DNA of 64,000 nt from Macrostomum hystrix (taxonomy: Eukaryota > Animalia > Platyhelminthes): positions 6,138,001 through 6,202,000 of the forward strand of contig CATNEN010000001.1 of assembly GCA_950097015.1 (NCBI GenBank), given 5' to 3'. The notes below the pieces were generated by a model. It did not search any database, was not told where the DNA came from, and saw only the letters and a program-made list of their open reading frames with translations. Positions 53,715-64,000 of the stretch are shown piece by piece. Both the position numbers and the translations under genes were made by a program. Numbering within the stretch: position 1 is the first letter of the stretch; each line of letters begins with the position of its first letter.

Positions 53715-56700
53715 GCTAACTAGCTAACTAACTAACTAACTATCTAATTAACTAACTAGCTAGCTAGCTCGCTAACTAACTTGGTAATTATGTAACGGAA
53801 TGCGATAGAAGTAACGAATAATTAGTCCACTCACTTTGACCCCTTGGTTCCGTCGGGATTGGCGCAGGGCAGCAAGATGACCTCAAATGACCTGTGCTTG
53901 TTCAGCTCCTCCGAGATGGCATTCGCTTCCGTTACCATGGGGATGAGTTCCAGAATTTGCTCCTGAGCATTGGCTTGCTCTAGAAAGCAAATCAAGCTTG
54001 TAAAAGTTATACCGATGCTATACAATCGATGCTACTGAGTCCTGCACGGCTTACCTTTAGATAGACCCTCCGAGTTTGAGGTCGAGAAGCCCTTCGCGTT
54101 GGCGATCTCCTTCTGAACAAAATCCCAATCGATTCGCTTAGGCAGGCTTGGATCACAGTCGGTGTTCTTGGGGTTCATGAACACGTACACGTGGTTGGAG
54201 CCTGGGGCACGATTGTGACAGTGTTGTTTCGTCAGCTTGTCTGTATGCACTTGTACTCACTCATTTTTTCTGTTTACACGATTAACACGATTTCATGAGA
54301 ATTCGCATGAATTCTTCAGGATTCACGTAAATTCTTTAATATTCACACGAATCATTGAGTATTCACACGAATTCTTTAAGATTCACACGAATTCTACAGT
54401 ATTCACACGAATTCTACAGTATTCACACGAATTCTACAGTATTCACACGAATTCTACAGTATTCACACGAATTCTACAGTATTCACACAAATTCTACAGT
54501 ATTCACACAAATTCTACAGTATTCACACGAATTCTACAGTATTCACACGAATTCTACAGTATTCACACGAATTCTACAGTATTCACACGAATTCTACAGT
54601 ATTCACACGAATTCTACAGTATTCACACGAATTCTACAGTATTTACAGCGGACATGGACATGAGTCCTTAGCAAGACTCAGGGGTAGAAAATTGTACTGT
54701 TGTTTCCATCCCTCAGTCCATAGACTGAACAGCCGTACACAGCTGAACAGAGATAGTTGCGTCACACGATCATGCTCCCTTAATATAGTACTGCCATGCA
54801 GCAATGCCTACCAAACACGATCCTGTCTTTGTGGGTCAGCTCCAGCGGTCCAGTCAGTGGCAGGCCGTTCACTTTGGTCCTGGCGCCCTGAATTCCAGGC
54901 CTTATGCTGAACTCTTTGTCCGATTTCTTAGAAATCACGGCGTGCCGCTTTGAAATGGACAGGCCGACCAGGTTAATCTCCGGGTTTAATTCGTGATCAG
55001 CCCTGCCAATTAGCACTTCTTCTTTTTCTAGGTAGTGCACAATGACGCCAGATAGCATGGGATCTTCGTTCAGATTCAGTAGGTGAGCCAGTTGAGATCT
55101 GCGATCGGATGCTGTCTGGTGTGTGCTCAGATCAGCTCGGGCTGCTTTCAGCTGAAATTTTGAACGCACAGTGTTAGTTTACTTTCTGCTAAAACATGTA
55201 GTCCAATTGTAGCAACGGGATAAGATACTCGTAATTCAATTTAATTTCACCTTCGCCTCCCAAGCTCCAGCATCGCTGTGCTGCATTATCTCTTTGTTTG
55301 AAGTCAGTTGGGCTCTGATCTGCTCCTCGATCTCTTTTCGCAGAGATTCAATATCTGCAGTTGAGGGTGCTGGCAAAATTATTTCCATGTCTACCACAAA
55401 AATCGTTTAATTAGTTTTAATGATAAAAACAAATAACCTTCTAAATGTACACTTGATAAACAAAGACGAAAACTCTTCCCCCATAAATGTACATTCTTCA
55501 ATGTAGGCACAAGCTGATAAGAAACCCCTTTCCACGTCTAGATGTACATTCAGGCAGCGCAGATAACTCTCTAACTCTAACCCCTCTCCCCGACAAAAAA
55601 TGTACATTTGACCACACGCCCATAGATAAGAAAGTTTTTATCGTCTGGTCGAAATTTACACACTAGACTGAACAAATCCCTAAACCTTAAAGTACAGGCC
55701 CGCCTTCGCTGCACATGAAACATTGTCTCTCTGACTCACCCTTCTTGGACATCCCTGACTGTTGAGCCTGCATCTCGTTGGCAAAGCCGACACTGGCAAG
55801 ATCACCCGAGTCTAGAGCCTTCTTTAGACGCTCGTTCTCCTCCTTAATAGTGACGAATAAAATAAACGAAATAAACGATAAAATATATAAAAATTTGAAT
55901 CTGAACCGCTCACCTGCAACTCTCTGAGCAGTTTATCCATGGGGTTTTCATTGACCACCGCCTGATTCTTGATTTTCTTAGCTCTATCAGCGTAGCGCAG
56001 TGTGCTCAAAGTCTCATCATAGTTTATATCAGCTGGTGACAGGGCGGCAATCATGACAGTTTTGCTGTTGCCACCCAGTGCGTTCTGCAGCAGTTTGGTC
56101 AACACCGAGTCTCTATAGGGCACCAGCACCTTCTTCTTGCCCATGGATATGTCCGCGAGGGCTGATATCACATTACCCAATGCGGACAGCGATTTGTTGA
56201 TGTTGGCGCCTTCCTTTAGTCGATCGCCAGTTGCACCTGTGCTGTCGGCTCGCTCCGAACCTGAGCAGTGTTTGAGTCGATCGATTGTATGGGATATTGG
56301 GATCTGGGATATTGGGATCTGGGATATTGGGATCTGGGATATTGGGATCTGGGATATTGGGATCTGGGATATTGGGATCTGGGATATTGGGATCTGGGAT
56401 ATTGGGATCTGGGATATTGGGATCTGGGATATTGGGATCTGGGATATTGGGATCTGGGATATTGGGATCTGGGATATTGGGATCTGGGATATTGGGATCT
56501 GGGATATTGGGATCTGGGATATTGGGATCTGGGATATTGGGATCTGGGATATTGGGATCTGGGATATTGGGATCTGGGATATTGGGATCTGGGATATTGG
56601 GATCTGGGATATTGGGATCTGGGATATTGGGATCTGGGATATTGGGATCTGGGATATTGGGATCTGGGATATTGGGATCTGGGATATTGGGATCTGGGAT

Positions 56701-59700
56701 ATTGGGATCTGGGATATTGGGATCTGGGATATTGGGATCTGGGATATTGGGATCTGGGATATTGGGATCTGGGATATTGGGATCTGGGATATTGGGATCT
56801 GGGATATTGGGATCTGGGATATTGGGATCTGGGATATTGGGATCTGGGATATTGGGATAAGAAGAATCGTACCGGCCAAGTCAACCAGATTCATGGTGGA
56901 GCTTTTCTTTGTCTCGCCGCCAGTGGCAGATTTGATAATCTGGTCGAACACAATGGTCACCACAGTGTGAGCCCTTGAACTTGTGGCATTCATGTTAGTC
57001 GCTGCCACAGTCCGATTTGAGGTGCCTTGCTCCATTCGCTGCTCAATCTCCTTGTAGCTCCCTACGGGTACTTTTTTCAATCCGTCCACGTAGAATCCCT
57101 GATTAGGATGCTGGCGTATTGGGAGGCCGCCTTTAGCTGCAGCGTCGCCAAGGAGGTCGCGGACGTTCTCGTTGTAGATCTCCAGCATCGAGAATGTCAC
57201 CTCGTAGCGCTGCGTGCAGTTTTTTGGGAAATATTAATACTGGATTGTCATGGTTTGCATATGCAAATCTTGCTGCGATTCTAGCTGCCACTCTTGCTGC
57301 GATTCTAGCTGCGATTCTAGCTACGAACCTTGCTGCGATTCTAGCTACCGCTCTTGATGCGATTCTAGCTACCGCTCTTGCTGCGATTCTAGCTAGCACT
57401 CTTGCTGTGATTCTAGCCAACACTCTTGCTGCGATTCTAGTTACCACTCTAGCTGTGATTCTAGCTAACACTCTTGCTGCGATTCTAGTTACCACTCTAG
57501 CTGCGATTCTAGCCAACACTCTTGCTGCGATTCTAGTTACCACTCTAGCTGTGATTCTAGCTAACACTCTTGCTGCGATTCTAGCCAACACTCTTGCTGC
57601 GATTCTAGTTACCACTCTAGCTGTGATTCTAGCTAACACTCTTGCTGCGATTCTAGCCAACACTCTTGCTGCGATTCTAGTTACCACTCTAGCTGTGATT
57701 CTAGCTACCGCTCTTGCTGCGATTCTAGCTAGCACTCTTGCTGCGATTTTAGCTGCGATTCTAGCTACAGATCATTTTATAGTTAAAATCGAGATCTTTA
57801 ACAAAAAGGCACATATACTCAGATAGACAAAATAGTAACATTAACTTTACAAGTAAAATGATTAAAGAGTTAGGTATGTAATCACAGTTGATTAAGCAGC
57901 ATAAGTACCTTAGTATAAAGTATAAGGTATCAGGTATAAAGTTTAGAAGACAACTTTTTTTGCTGCACAAAGTATTCAACACAAAACTAACCATCGTTTC
58001 TAGGAAAGTAATTCAAATTCGCGCCATAATGTTAAGAGGCAATCGTATAGATCGATACTAACCTATTTACAGACTTTTTGTAATAAAAAAACGTATCTTT
58101 GCGTTCTTAGCAACAAATGCAAATATTGCTACCTCATCAACGAGTCTAAAAACGAAGTGTTTTCAGTAAAAGACCCCTGCACTTTCCCTACTCAGGACTC
58201 ATCATATAAAGACTCAGTTAGCAACTTGTTGGTAAGTTTAGAGAAGCAAAGCAGCTGATGAAGGCGAGAAGTGAGGGAGGCAGGGGTAAGAAGCAATTTC
58301 ATCCCCAGCCATTATCCCAGCAAAGCCATCAATATCTTTTGTTGGCAGCAATACAATGAAAGCTCGCCTAAGTTTTTCTGTGGTACATTAGCTTCCTGAC
58401 CAATTATAAACTGACAAATTGCAGTGCTTCAACAAATGCAACATTTCCTGTGTGCCGTAGGTTAGATGCGGTATGAGAGAAAAATGTTACAGGAAGCCGT
58501 GTTGCACTTCTCTATTTTGTTTTTTAGCAGCAATTACATCCTCAACCCCTCAAACTGAGGCTCACGGCATTCATACTCGTAGCCTCTATACTCGTAGCCT
58601 CTATACTCGTAGCCTCTATACTCGTAGCCTCTATACTCGTAGCCTCTATACTCGTAGCCTCTATACTCGTAGCCTCTATACTCGTAGCTACTAAGAAAAC
58701 CTGTCCTATGTACAGTGAGAATAACACAAACGTTAATGTCTAAATTTTTTATTTTAAAACTATTAAAGTCTAAATGTTTATTAACGTACTTTTCTGTTAG
58801 TTACTAAGAAATTCAGAACAATGTCCTAAATATGCGACTAACTAATTAGACAGTTTCCAAACTGTTTATCAATCTGAAGTTTCCTCTCCAAGCTAGATTT
58901 TTTTGGTATTATTTTGTGTTCGCCGTTTGCTTAGGCTATCCCTAATTTATGTCTCACCTTTCCTAGCTAACTCTATCAGGTCCTATTGTTGGTGATTTGC
59001 ATTCTGCATATGCTCAGTCACGTCTCCTGGGAGAATGAGACTAAAATTATAGTTCCAGCAGACATGTTTGTCCTTAGACATAAGTGGAATATACCCTCGT
59101 ACGAGCGTGCCCTATGTGCTCGAAGAGTCTGTCTGTAGGTCCACTGAGCAAACACTGAGTGATGGTTGAACTTATAAGCAGAAATTAAAATTTGTTAAAA
59201 GTACAATTTATTGGTATTATTGTCCGCGAGAATACGTTCTCGTATTCTCGTGGATACGAATTGGCGTGGATACAAAATGCAATTAGTGCCAACCTCCAAG
59301 GCACAGTGAGACTGTACAATGCTTCACTCCTAAGTTGCCCGTAGTAGTTTATTATTTTTCGAAAAGAACATTACTAACCTTAGTTTAGAAAAGTAAAGAT
59401 AATAAAAAGTACAAATAATAATCAGCAACAGTTCGAAATTTGTGAAGGAGACAGACTTTCCTAGGCAGACTGAATAGCAGACAAAGGAAAAAATACTTTA
59501 TATAATGATTTTAACGGTCCGGCTTAGACCTATACCTTGGAACTGTCAGAGCTACTAGATGCTATTGTTTTAAACAATTCGTCGCATGTGATGGGAACAA
59601 TGCCTCTGAAAGATGGAGTTGTTGCATAAAAATAGTAACTGATTTGCTAACATACAGCTTTTTATTCATTTGCAACCTAAGCGTATGATTTTACTTGGTC

Positions 59701-60417
59701 GTTGTGTCGTAGTTTTTTTCAGCACATCATCTCAGAGTGCGTATACTGGACTCGGAAAAGTTTACCTGTTATTTCCGTAGCCGACCATCGAGTAGCTCTT
59801 CCCGGAACCAGTCTGACCGTAAGCAAACAGGGAGCAATTGTAGCCAAGAAAAGCGTTGTTAAGCACTCCCTGGCCTAGATCGCCGAAAACACGCTTCTGG
59901 CTAGCATAGTTTGAGTTGCCCTTAGCAACCAGAATGCCATCGGGCTGCTCTTCGAAACCATCGTGCGACCTAAATTTTTTTATCTTTCGATTAGCTTATC
60001 GTAAATTCTCAATAACCAAGCCTTCGGCTAAAAACAGTAACGCTTCAGCTTCTTACCAGTATGAGAAATCAAAAGCGAAGTTCTTCACGTCGCTGGAGTC
60101 TGAAAGTCAGTTAGTTAATCATTGAAATATAATATATAACAGCACTAAAACTGAACTGCACTGTGCATTAAAATATCGTATTTTAAATGAAAATTGCTCA
60201 CTCTCAGGATTTGTGATGGCGGTAGTTTTATCCTGCATTTGAATAATTAGCTTCGCCTGTCGATCCTTCTCCCGCTGGTTAAAAGGCCGAACGCGAACAG
60301 CCACTTTTACCCTGTGAAATCAGATATTGATTGGAATAAAAATATATTATGCAAACAAAAAAGCAGCGAATTAAAAAGTATAAAGTATAAAGTATAAACT
60401 TACGACTCTTCAGCCAT
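47110..60417 (-). CDS. KIF28: Kinesin-3 family motor, KIF28/KLP-6-like (motor-FHA-DUF3694/C2-like-coiled coil-CaaX), 15 coding exons
   Basis: Exons 60417-60404, 60311-60202, 60099-60057, 59969-59766, 59605-59536, 57209-56873, 56260-55914, 55842-55740, 55369-55251, 55151-54812, 54201-54055, 53979-53835, 49389-48924, 48284-47790, 47205-47110. [28 protein letters not shown]|[15 protein letters not shown] (FHA), [25 protein letters not shown]. Confidence 0.92.
47304..47662 (+). mobile_element. tRNA-derived SINE, family 1, apparently full length (about 360 bp)
   Basis: A box TAGCGGAGCGG, B-box-like GAGCTCGATTCC, hairpin-rich body, 3' stem-loop and (ATT)n tail. Confidence 0.9.
48338..48760. repeat. 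16-bp minisatellite (GGGGAGAGATGAGACA)n, reverse complement of the 43435-45100 unit
   Basis: Tandem periodicity. Confidence 0.95.
48761..48903. repeat. 12-bp minisatellite (AATCRGTAATCA)n
   Basis: Tandem periodicity, abutting the 16-bp array. Confidence 0.85.
49437..51686. repeat. 19/20-bp minisatellite (TTTAGACATGAACCATCATT)n, about 110 copies, kinesin intron 12
   Basis: Tandem periodicity. Confidence 0.97.
52076..52089. promoter_or_regulatory. RFX X-box GTTGCCATGACAAC inside kinesin intron 12
   Basis: Near-perfect X-box palindrome overlapping a CCAAT, in a unique-sequence island between two arrays. Confidence 0.55.
52305..53780. repeat. (CTAA)n/(CTAG) tetranucleotide microsatellite interrupted by an insertion
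   Basis: Read directly. Confidence 0.96.
52479..53030 (-). mobile_element. Non-autonomous insert of two tandem 276-bp units, possibly Helitron-like
   Basis: Units offset by 276 bp (52493 and 52769); the minus strand ends CCAGCTAG|T; several hairpins, including GAAAGAGC..GCTTCGC..GCTCTTTC. Confidence 0.55.
54330..54642. repeat. 20-bp minisatellite (ATTCACACGAATTCTACAGT)n
   Basis: Tandem periodicity. Confidence 0.95.
56290..56858. repeat. Perfect 15-bp minisatellite (GGGATATTGGGATCT)n, about 38 copies, kinesin intron 6
   Basis: Tandem periodicity with no variant units seen. Confidence 0.98.
57268..57768. repeat. 24-bp minisatellite (CTTGCTGCGATTCTAGCTAACACT)n
   Basis: Tandem periodicity. 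Confidence 0.95.
58573..58688. repeat. 15-bp minisatellite (ATACTCGTAGCCTCT)n, about 8 copies
   Basis: Tandem periodicity. Confidence 0.95.
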
Positions 60418-61647
60418 TGTGAATCACGTCTTTGTAGAATGATGCTAATATACTAAAATGTGAACAAAACAAGCTAATTCAAGGCTTCTCCAATTACACA
60501 CAAAATAGAACTACTTAAGCTAGTTACAGAAGCTATACACTGCTATATAAACTTACGAAGCAAGAAGCAGCTCACATTTGTGGAATTCAGAGTCTGTTCG
60601 ATTCTACGAGTGGGAAATATGAATTACACCCGTTGTTTTTCGATAGAAGTATTTGACGGAATTTTTAATTCTTTGGTTGACAGGAAACTAAATCGACTCA
60701 CCCAAGCAAAACATGAAAAGCTAAATAGTGTTTTTAAGAAAGCAGTCAAAGCAGTTTAAGCTAGAGTTTTTAATTTTAATACATTTTACTATCATTACCT
60801 ACCTATAGAAAGAAAGTACGTTACCTTTGTTTTACTCTATTATAGTGAAGTTTTTTGGAGTCTGTGTCGATATTTGATTGTCCCTTTTTCATAAAATTTC
60901 TTTCTGACTTTCTATAGAATAAAATAGTTAAATAAGGAGGTGTGTATCATTGTTCTTCGTCTAGAAAAAATATGGAGCTGAGAGTTCTTAGCGTCAATAT
61001 GATATAATAAAAGAAACCGTGATGATGTATTTTTTTCCTATTAAACCTTCATTTGTAGCATTTATAACACATTATATTCGACCCGCGGATTATAAGTTTG
61101 TGTTAAAATAGACTCATTCAAAAAGTGAGATAGGAGATTCTTGCTTCAGCGGATTTAAATCTTAAGTATAAATTTCGTGTTAATTATGCTTTTAAGAATA
61201 AATAATTATAGTCTTTGTAGCTATTGTACTTCATGCATCATATTATTGTTCTTAAGGAGTTTTTATATCAGGAGTTTAATAACCAAAGTTCTAACAGAAA
61301 GTATTAAAAGTATGCTAAAATAAATTACAAGAAGTTAAAAAATAAGTTTTGGCTATTGGAATTAAAATGTGTAATATATGTCGCATTTCACAAACATTAT
61401 AACTTACATTTTTTACTCTTGGCAGCAAAATATTTGTATTCATGGGTTTGCCAAATTTAGGCCCTAATTAAAAAAATCAGTACTTTATAAAAAAACATTT
61501 ATTTGGAAACTTAAGAAGATGCTGACTTTTTTAGTTTTTTTACTAAAAAACTACTTTATTTGATAATCTTATCTTTGTGGATAAGCAGATTACTAAATAA
61601 CTTATAATATTTTCAATCATAAGGATGCCTTTAATTTCAGCGCAGAA

Positions 61648-64000
61648 ATGTCGCAATCGTCGACAGCAAAAGCATCGGCATCGTCTGATTCGCAGCAGCC
61701 GAAGCAGCGAATTCTCAGCAATCGTTACAAAGTTGTGCGCCAGATTGGCAAGGGCGCCTTTGGCACGGTGCACCTTGTTGAAGATCTGCGCAGCTCTGAA
61801 GAGAAATTCAAGGTGCTGAAGGAGGTGCAAATCGGTGAGGTTGATCCTGACGAGACTCTTGAAGTTGTGCACGAGGCAAAACTGCTTGGCAAGCTAGATC
61901 ACTCGGCCATATTGAAGTTCTACAATTGCTTTATGGGTTAGTTTTCATAATTTTCCAAAGTTTTTTTTTAATAAAAGCATCTTAAATTATCGTACCATAA
62001 AAGCTAAAAAAGTGCACGATTTGCGAAAGTCCGCGAGCTCGAATCCGCGTCGATGCCACATTCGATGTAGTCTACTTCTCTTATCTGCCGACTCTACTCC
62101 TACTATCTACCCACTTGTCTACTCTTATCTGCCTACACTACTTCTCCTATATACCCCACTCATCTTCTCTTATCTACCGACTCTACTTCTCCTATCTACC
62201 CCGCTCATATTCTGTTATCTACCGACTCTACTTCTCCTGTATACCCCACTCGTCTTATCTTATCTACCGACTCTACTTCTCCTATCTACCCCACTCATCT
62301 TCTCTTATCTACGGACTCTACTTCTCCTATATACCCCACTCGTCTTCTCTTATCTACCGACTCTACTTCTCCTATATACCCCGCTCATCTTCTGTTATCA
62401 ACCGACTCTACTTCTCCTGTATACCCGACTCGTCTTATCTTATCTACCGACTCTACTTCTCCTATCTACCCCACTCATCTTCTCTTATCTACGGACTCTA
62501 CTTCTCCTATATACCCCACTCGTCTTCTCTTATCTACCGACTCTACTTCTCTGTGCCTGCATAGCGTGTATGTGAGCGCGTGTGCGCTTCTAGGTGTCAG
62601 CGATATGGGCTGAATTGTCTCCTCGCTGGCTGCGTGTCTAGCTGTCTATGCCTGCAGCTCTAGATTTTATAAATCGCAAAATTATTATTACAGTCTATAA
62701 ATCCCATTGCCCGCACCACCAGAACCGCCATCGTTTTGCATTGTGACCGAATACTGCGACGAAGGCGATCTTGACCAGTGCATCGGTCGGCTAAAACAGG
62801 CCGGTCACAGCCTGCCAGTGCCAACTACCATTCGCTGGTTCATTCAGATCTTACTGGGTGTCGACTATCTGCACGGCAGGCGAATCCTGCATCGGGATTT
62901 GAAGACCAAGAACATTTTTCTAAAGAGTGGCACAGTCAAGATTGGCGACTTCGGCATCTCCAGGGTGCTGATGAGTAACTCCGACATGGCCTCTACTTTC
63001 CTGGGCACACCGTACTTTATGAGTCCCGAACTGCTCAAGCACGAGGGTGAGACGGCTCCTAAACCCAGTTTTGTCTACGCACTCTAATTTTCTTATCTAC
63101 CGCTCTACTTCTTTTATGTACCCACTCTACTTCTTCTATCTACCCACTCTACTTCTCTTATCTACCACTCTAATTTTTTATCTACTGTTCTACTTCTTTT
63201 ATCTACCCACTCTACTTCTCCTATCTACCCACTCTAATTCTCTTATCTACCGACTCTACTTTTCTTTTTTACCCACTCTAATTGTTTTATCTACCCACTC
63301 TACTTCTCTAATCTACCCACTTAACTTCTTTTGTCTACCCGCTCTACTTCTTTTGTCCACCCACTCTACTTCTTTTGTCTACCCACTCTACTTCTTTTGT
63401 CCACCCACACTACTTCTTCTTATCTAGCCAATCCACCCACTCCACCGCCCTAATTCAGGCTACAACGCCAAAAGTGACATCTGGAGTGTCGGCTGCATTC
63501 TGTATGAAATGTGCGCCCTCGAGCACGCTTTCAAAGGCGCCGGCCTGATGGGCATTTTGTTCAGCATCTGCGGCAATCCCTGCCCGGTGATTCCCGAACG
63601 ATATCCACGCGAGCTTCAGTCCGTGCTGGAGCTGATGCTGGCCAAGGATCCGCAGGAGCGCCTGAGCGCTCGAGAACTGCTCCGCCTGCCCTACCTGAAG
63701 AAGGAAATGCAGACATTGCGCGAGGCTGTCGACTCGCAGAGCGGTCAACAGCAGCTACTTATGGAGGAGACGATCAATGAAGCCGCGAGTCGCAGCCTGC
63801 TGTCTGTTCTGCAGGAGAAGCCGACGCTGAACAGCTTGGAGTTCTCATCGCGCGTCATGGCCGAAGCCGCCGCCGCCGCCGAGGAGATCACCTTGGCAGC
63901 GCGCTCTCGAAAGGCCAACAAAAAGCCTGGCGACGGCGGCGTTAGAGGCGGTGATTTCAACGCGCTCAGTCCGCACCAGAAGATGCTGATGCGCAAGCAG
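61648..64000 (+). CDS. NEK11: NIMA-related kinase 11, 5' part (continues beyond the window)
   Basis: Exons 61648-61936, 62723-63046, 63459->64000. GKGAFGTV, KVLKEVQIGEVDPDET, FCIVTEYC, HRDLKTKNIFLK, DFG, GTPYFMSPE.LKHEGY..KSDIWS, and NEK11-like LSPHQKMLMRK. Confidence 0.92.
62033..62691 (+). mobile_element. SINE family 1 copy split by a minisatellite (head 62033-62065, 3' part 62549-62691)
   Basis: GAGCTCGAATCCGCGTCGATGCCACATTC, then after the array GTCAGCGATATGGG..CTCCTCGCTGGCTGCG and (ATT)n. Confidence 0.7.
62070..62550. repeat. 45-bp (22+23) C/T-rich minisatellite, NEK11 intron 1
   Basis: 15-aa period in the ORF track. Confidence 0.92.
63070..63425. repeat. 22-bp degenerate minisatellite (CTACCCACTCTACTTCTCTTAT), NEK11 intron 2
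   Basis: Same unit family as 62070-62550. Confidence 0.88.

Noticed and set aside
55824-57200. 458-aa ORF read as a kinesin with a native ISQIP insert
   Set aside because: Canonical GT-AG sites restore DLAGSER exactly, so the insert is an intron; retention is reported separately as a possibility.
58172-58206. Hammerhead- or C/D-box-like string on the minus strand (ATGATGAGTCCTGAGTAGGGAAAG...GTC)
   Set aside because: The core C is missing, stem II is incomplete, and stems I and III do not pair; no convincing terminal stem for a snoRNA.
2118-58688. CRISPR-like appearance of regular 20-40-bp repeats
   Set aside because: There are no unique spacers and no cas genes, and the context is eukaryotic and intronic.
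59915-59929. X-box-like GTTGCCCTTAGCAAC
   Set aside because: It lies inside a kinesin coding exon (VAKGN) and is explained by the codons.

Overview
A 64-kb stretch of an intron-rich invertebrate (animal) genome. Minisatellite-filled introns, CAG/poly-Q exons and the gene content resemble a free-living flatworm such as Macrostomum; this is an inference. Eight spliced genes were reconstructed from GT-AG sites and reading phase: a sesquipedalian/PHETA-like PH protein (-), SGSM3 (+), GMPPA (-), UBE2G2 (-), an Eomes/Tbr1-like T-box factor (+), a poly-Q orphan gene (+, model incomplete), a KIF28/KLP-6-like kinesin-3 ending in a CaaX box (-) and NEK11 (+, runs off the window). Most of the long ORFs in the supplied track are artefacts of about 25 different minisatellite arrays, nearly one distinct unit per large intron. 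Mobile DNA includes a frameshifted Tc1/IS630 transposase, a probable Crypton remnant, 7-8 copies of a hairpin-rich tRNA-derived SINE, and a 2x276-bp structured insert inside a (CTAA)n tract. The most notable leads are: an RFX X-box-marked cluster of probably ciliary genes, including a motor-less orphan with a kinesin-13-like tail; a possibly prenylated kinesin with an intronic X-box; an in-frame, stop-free repeat intron in kinesin switch II; intronic arrays made of decoy splice acceptors; and a candidate UBE2G2-GMPPA operon.
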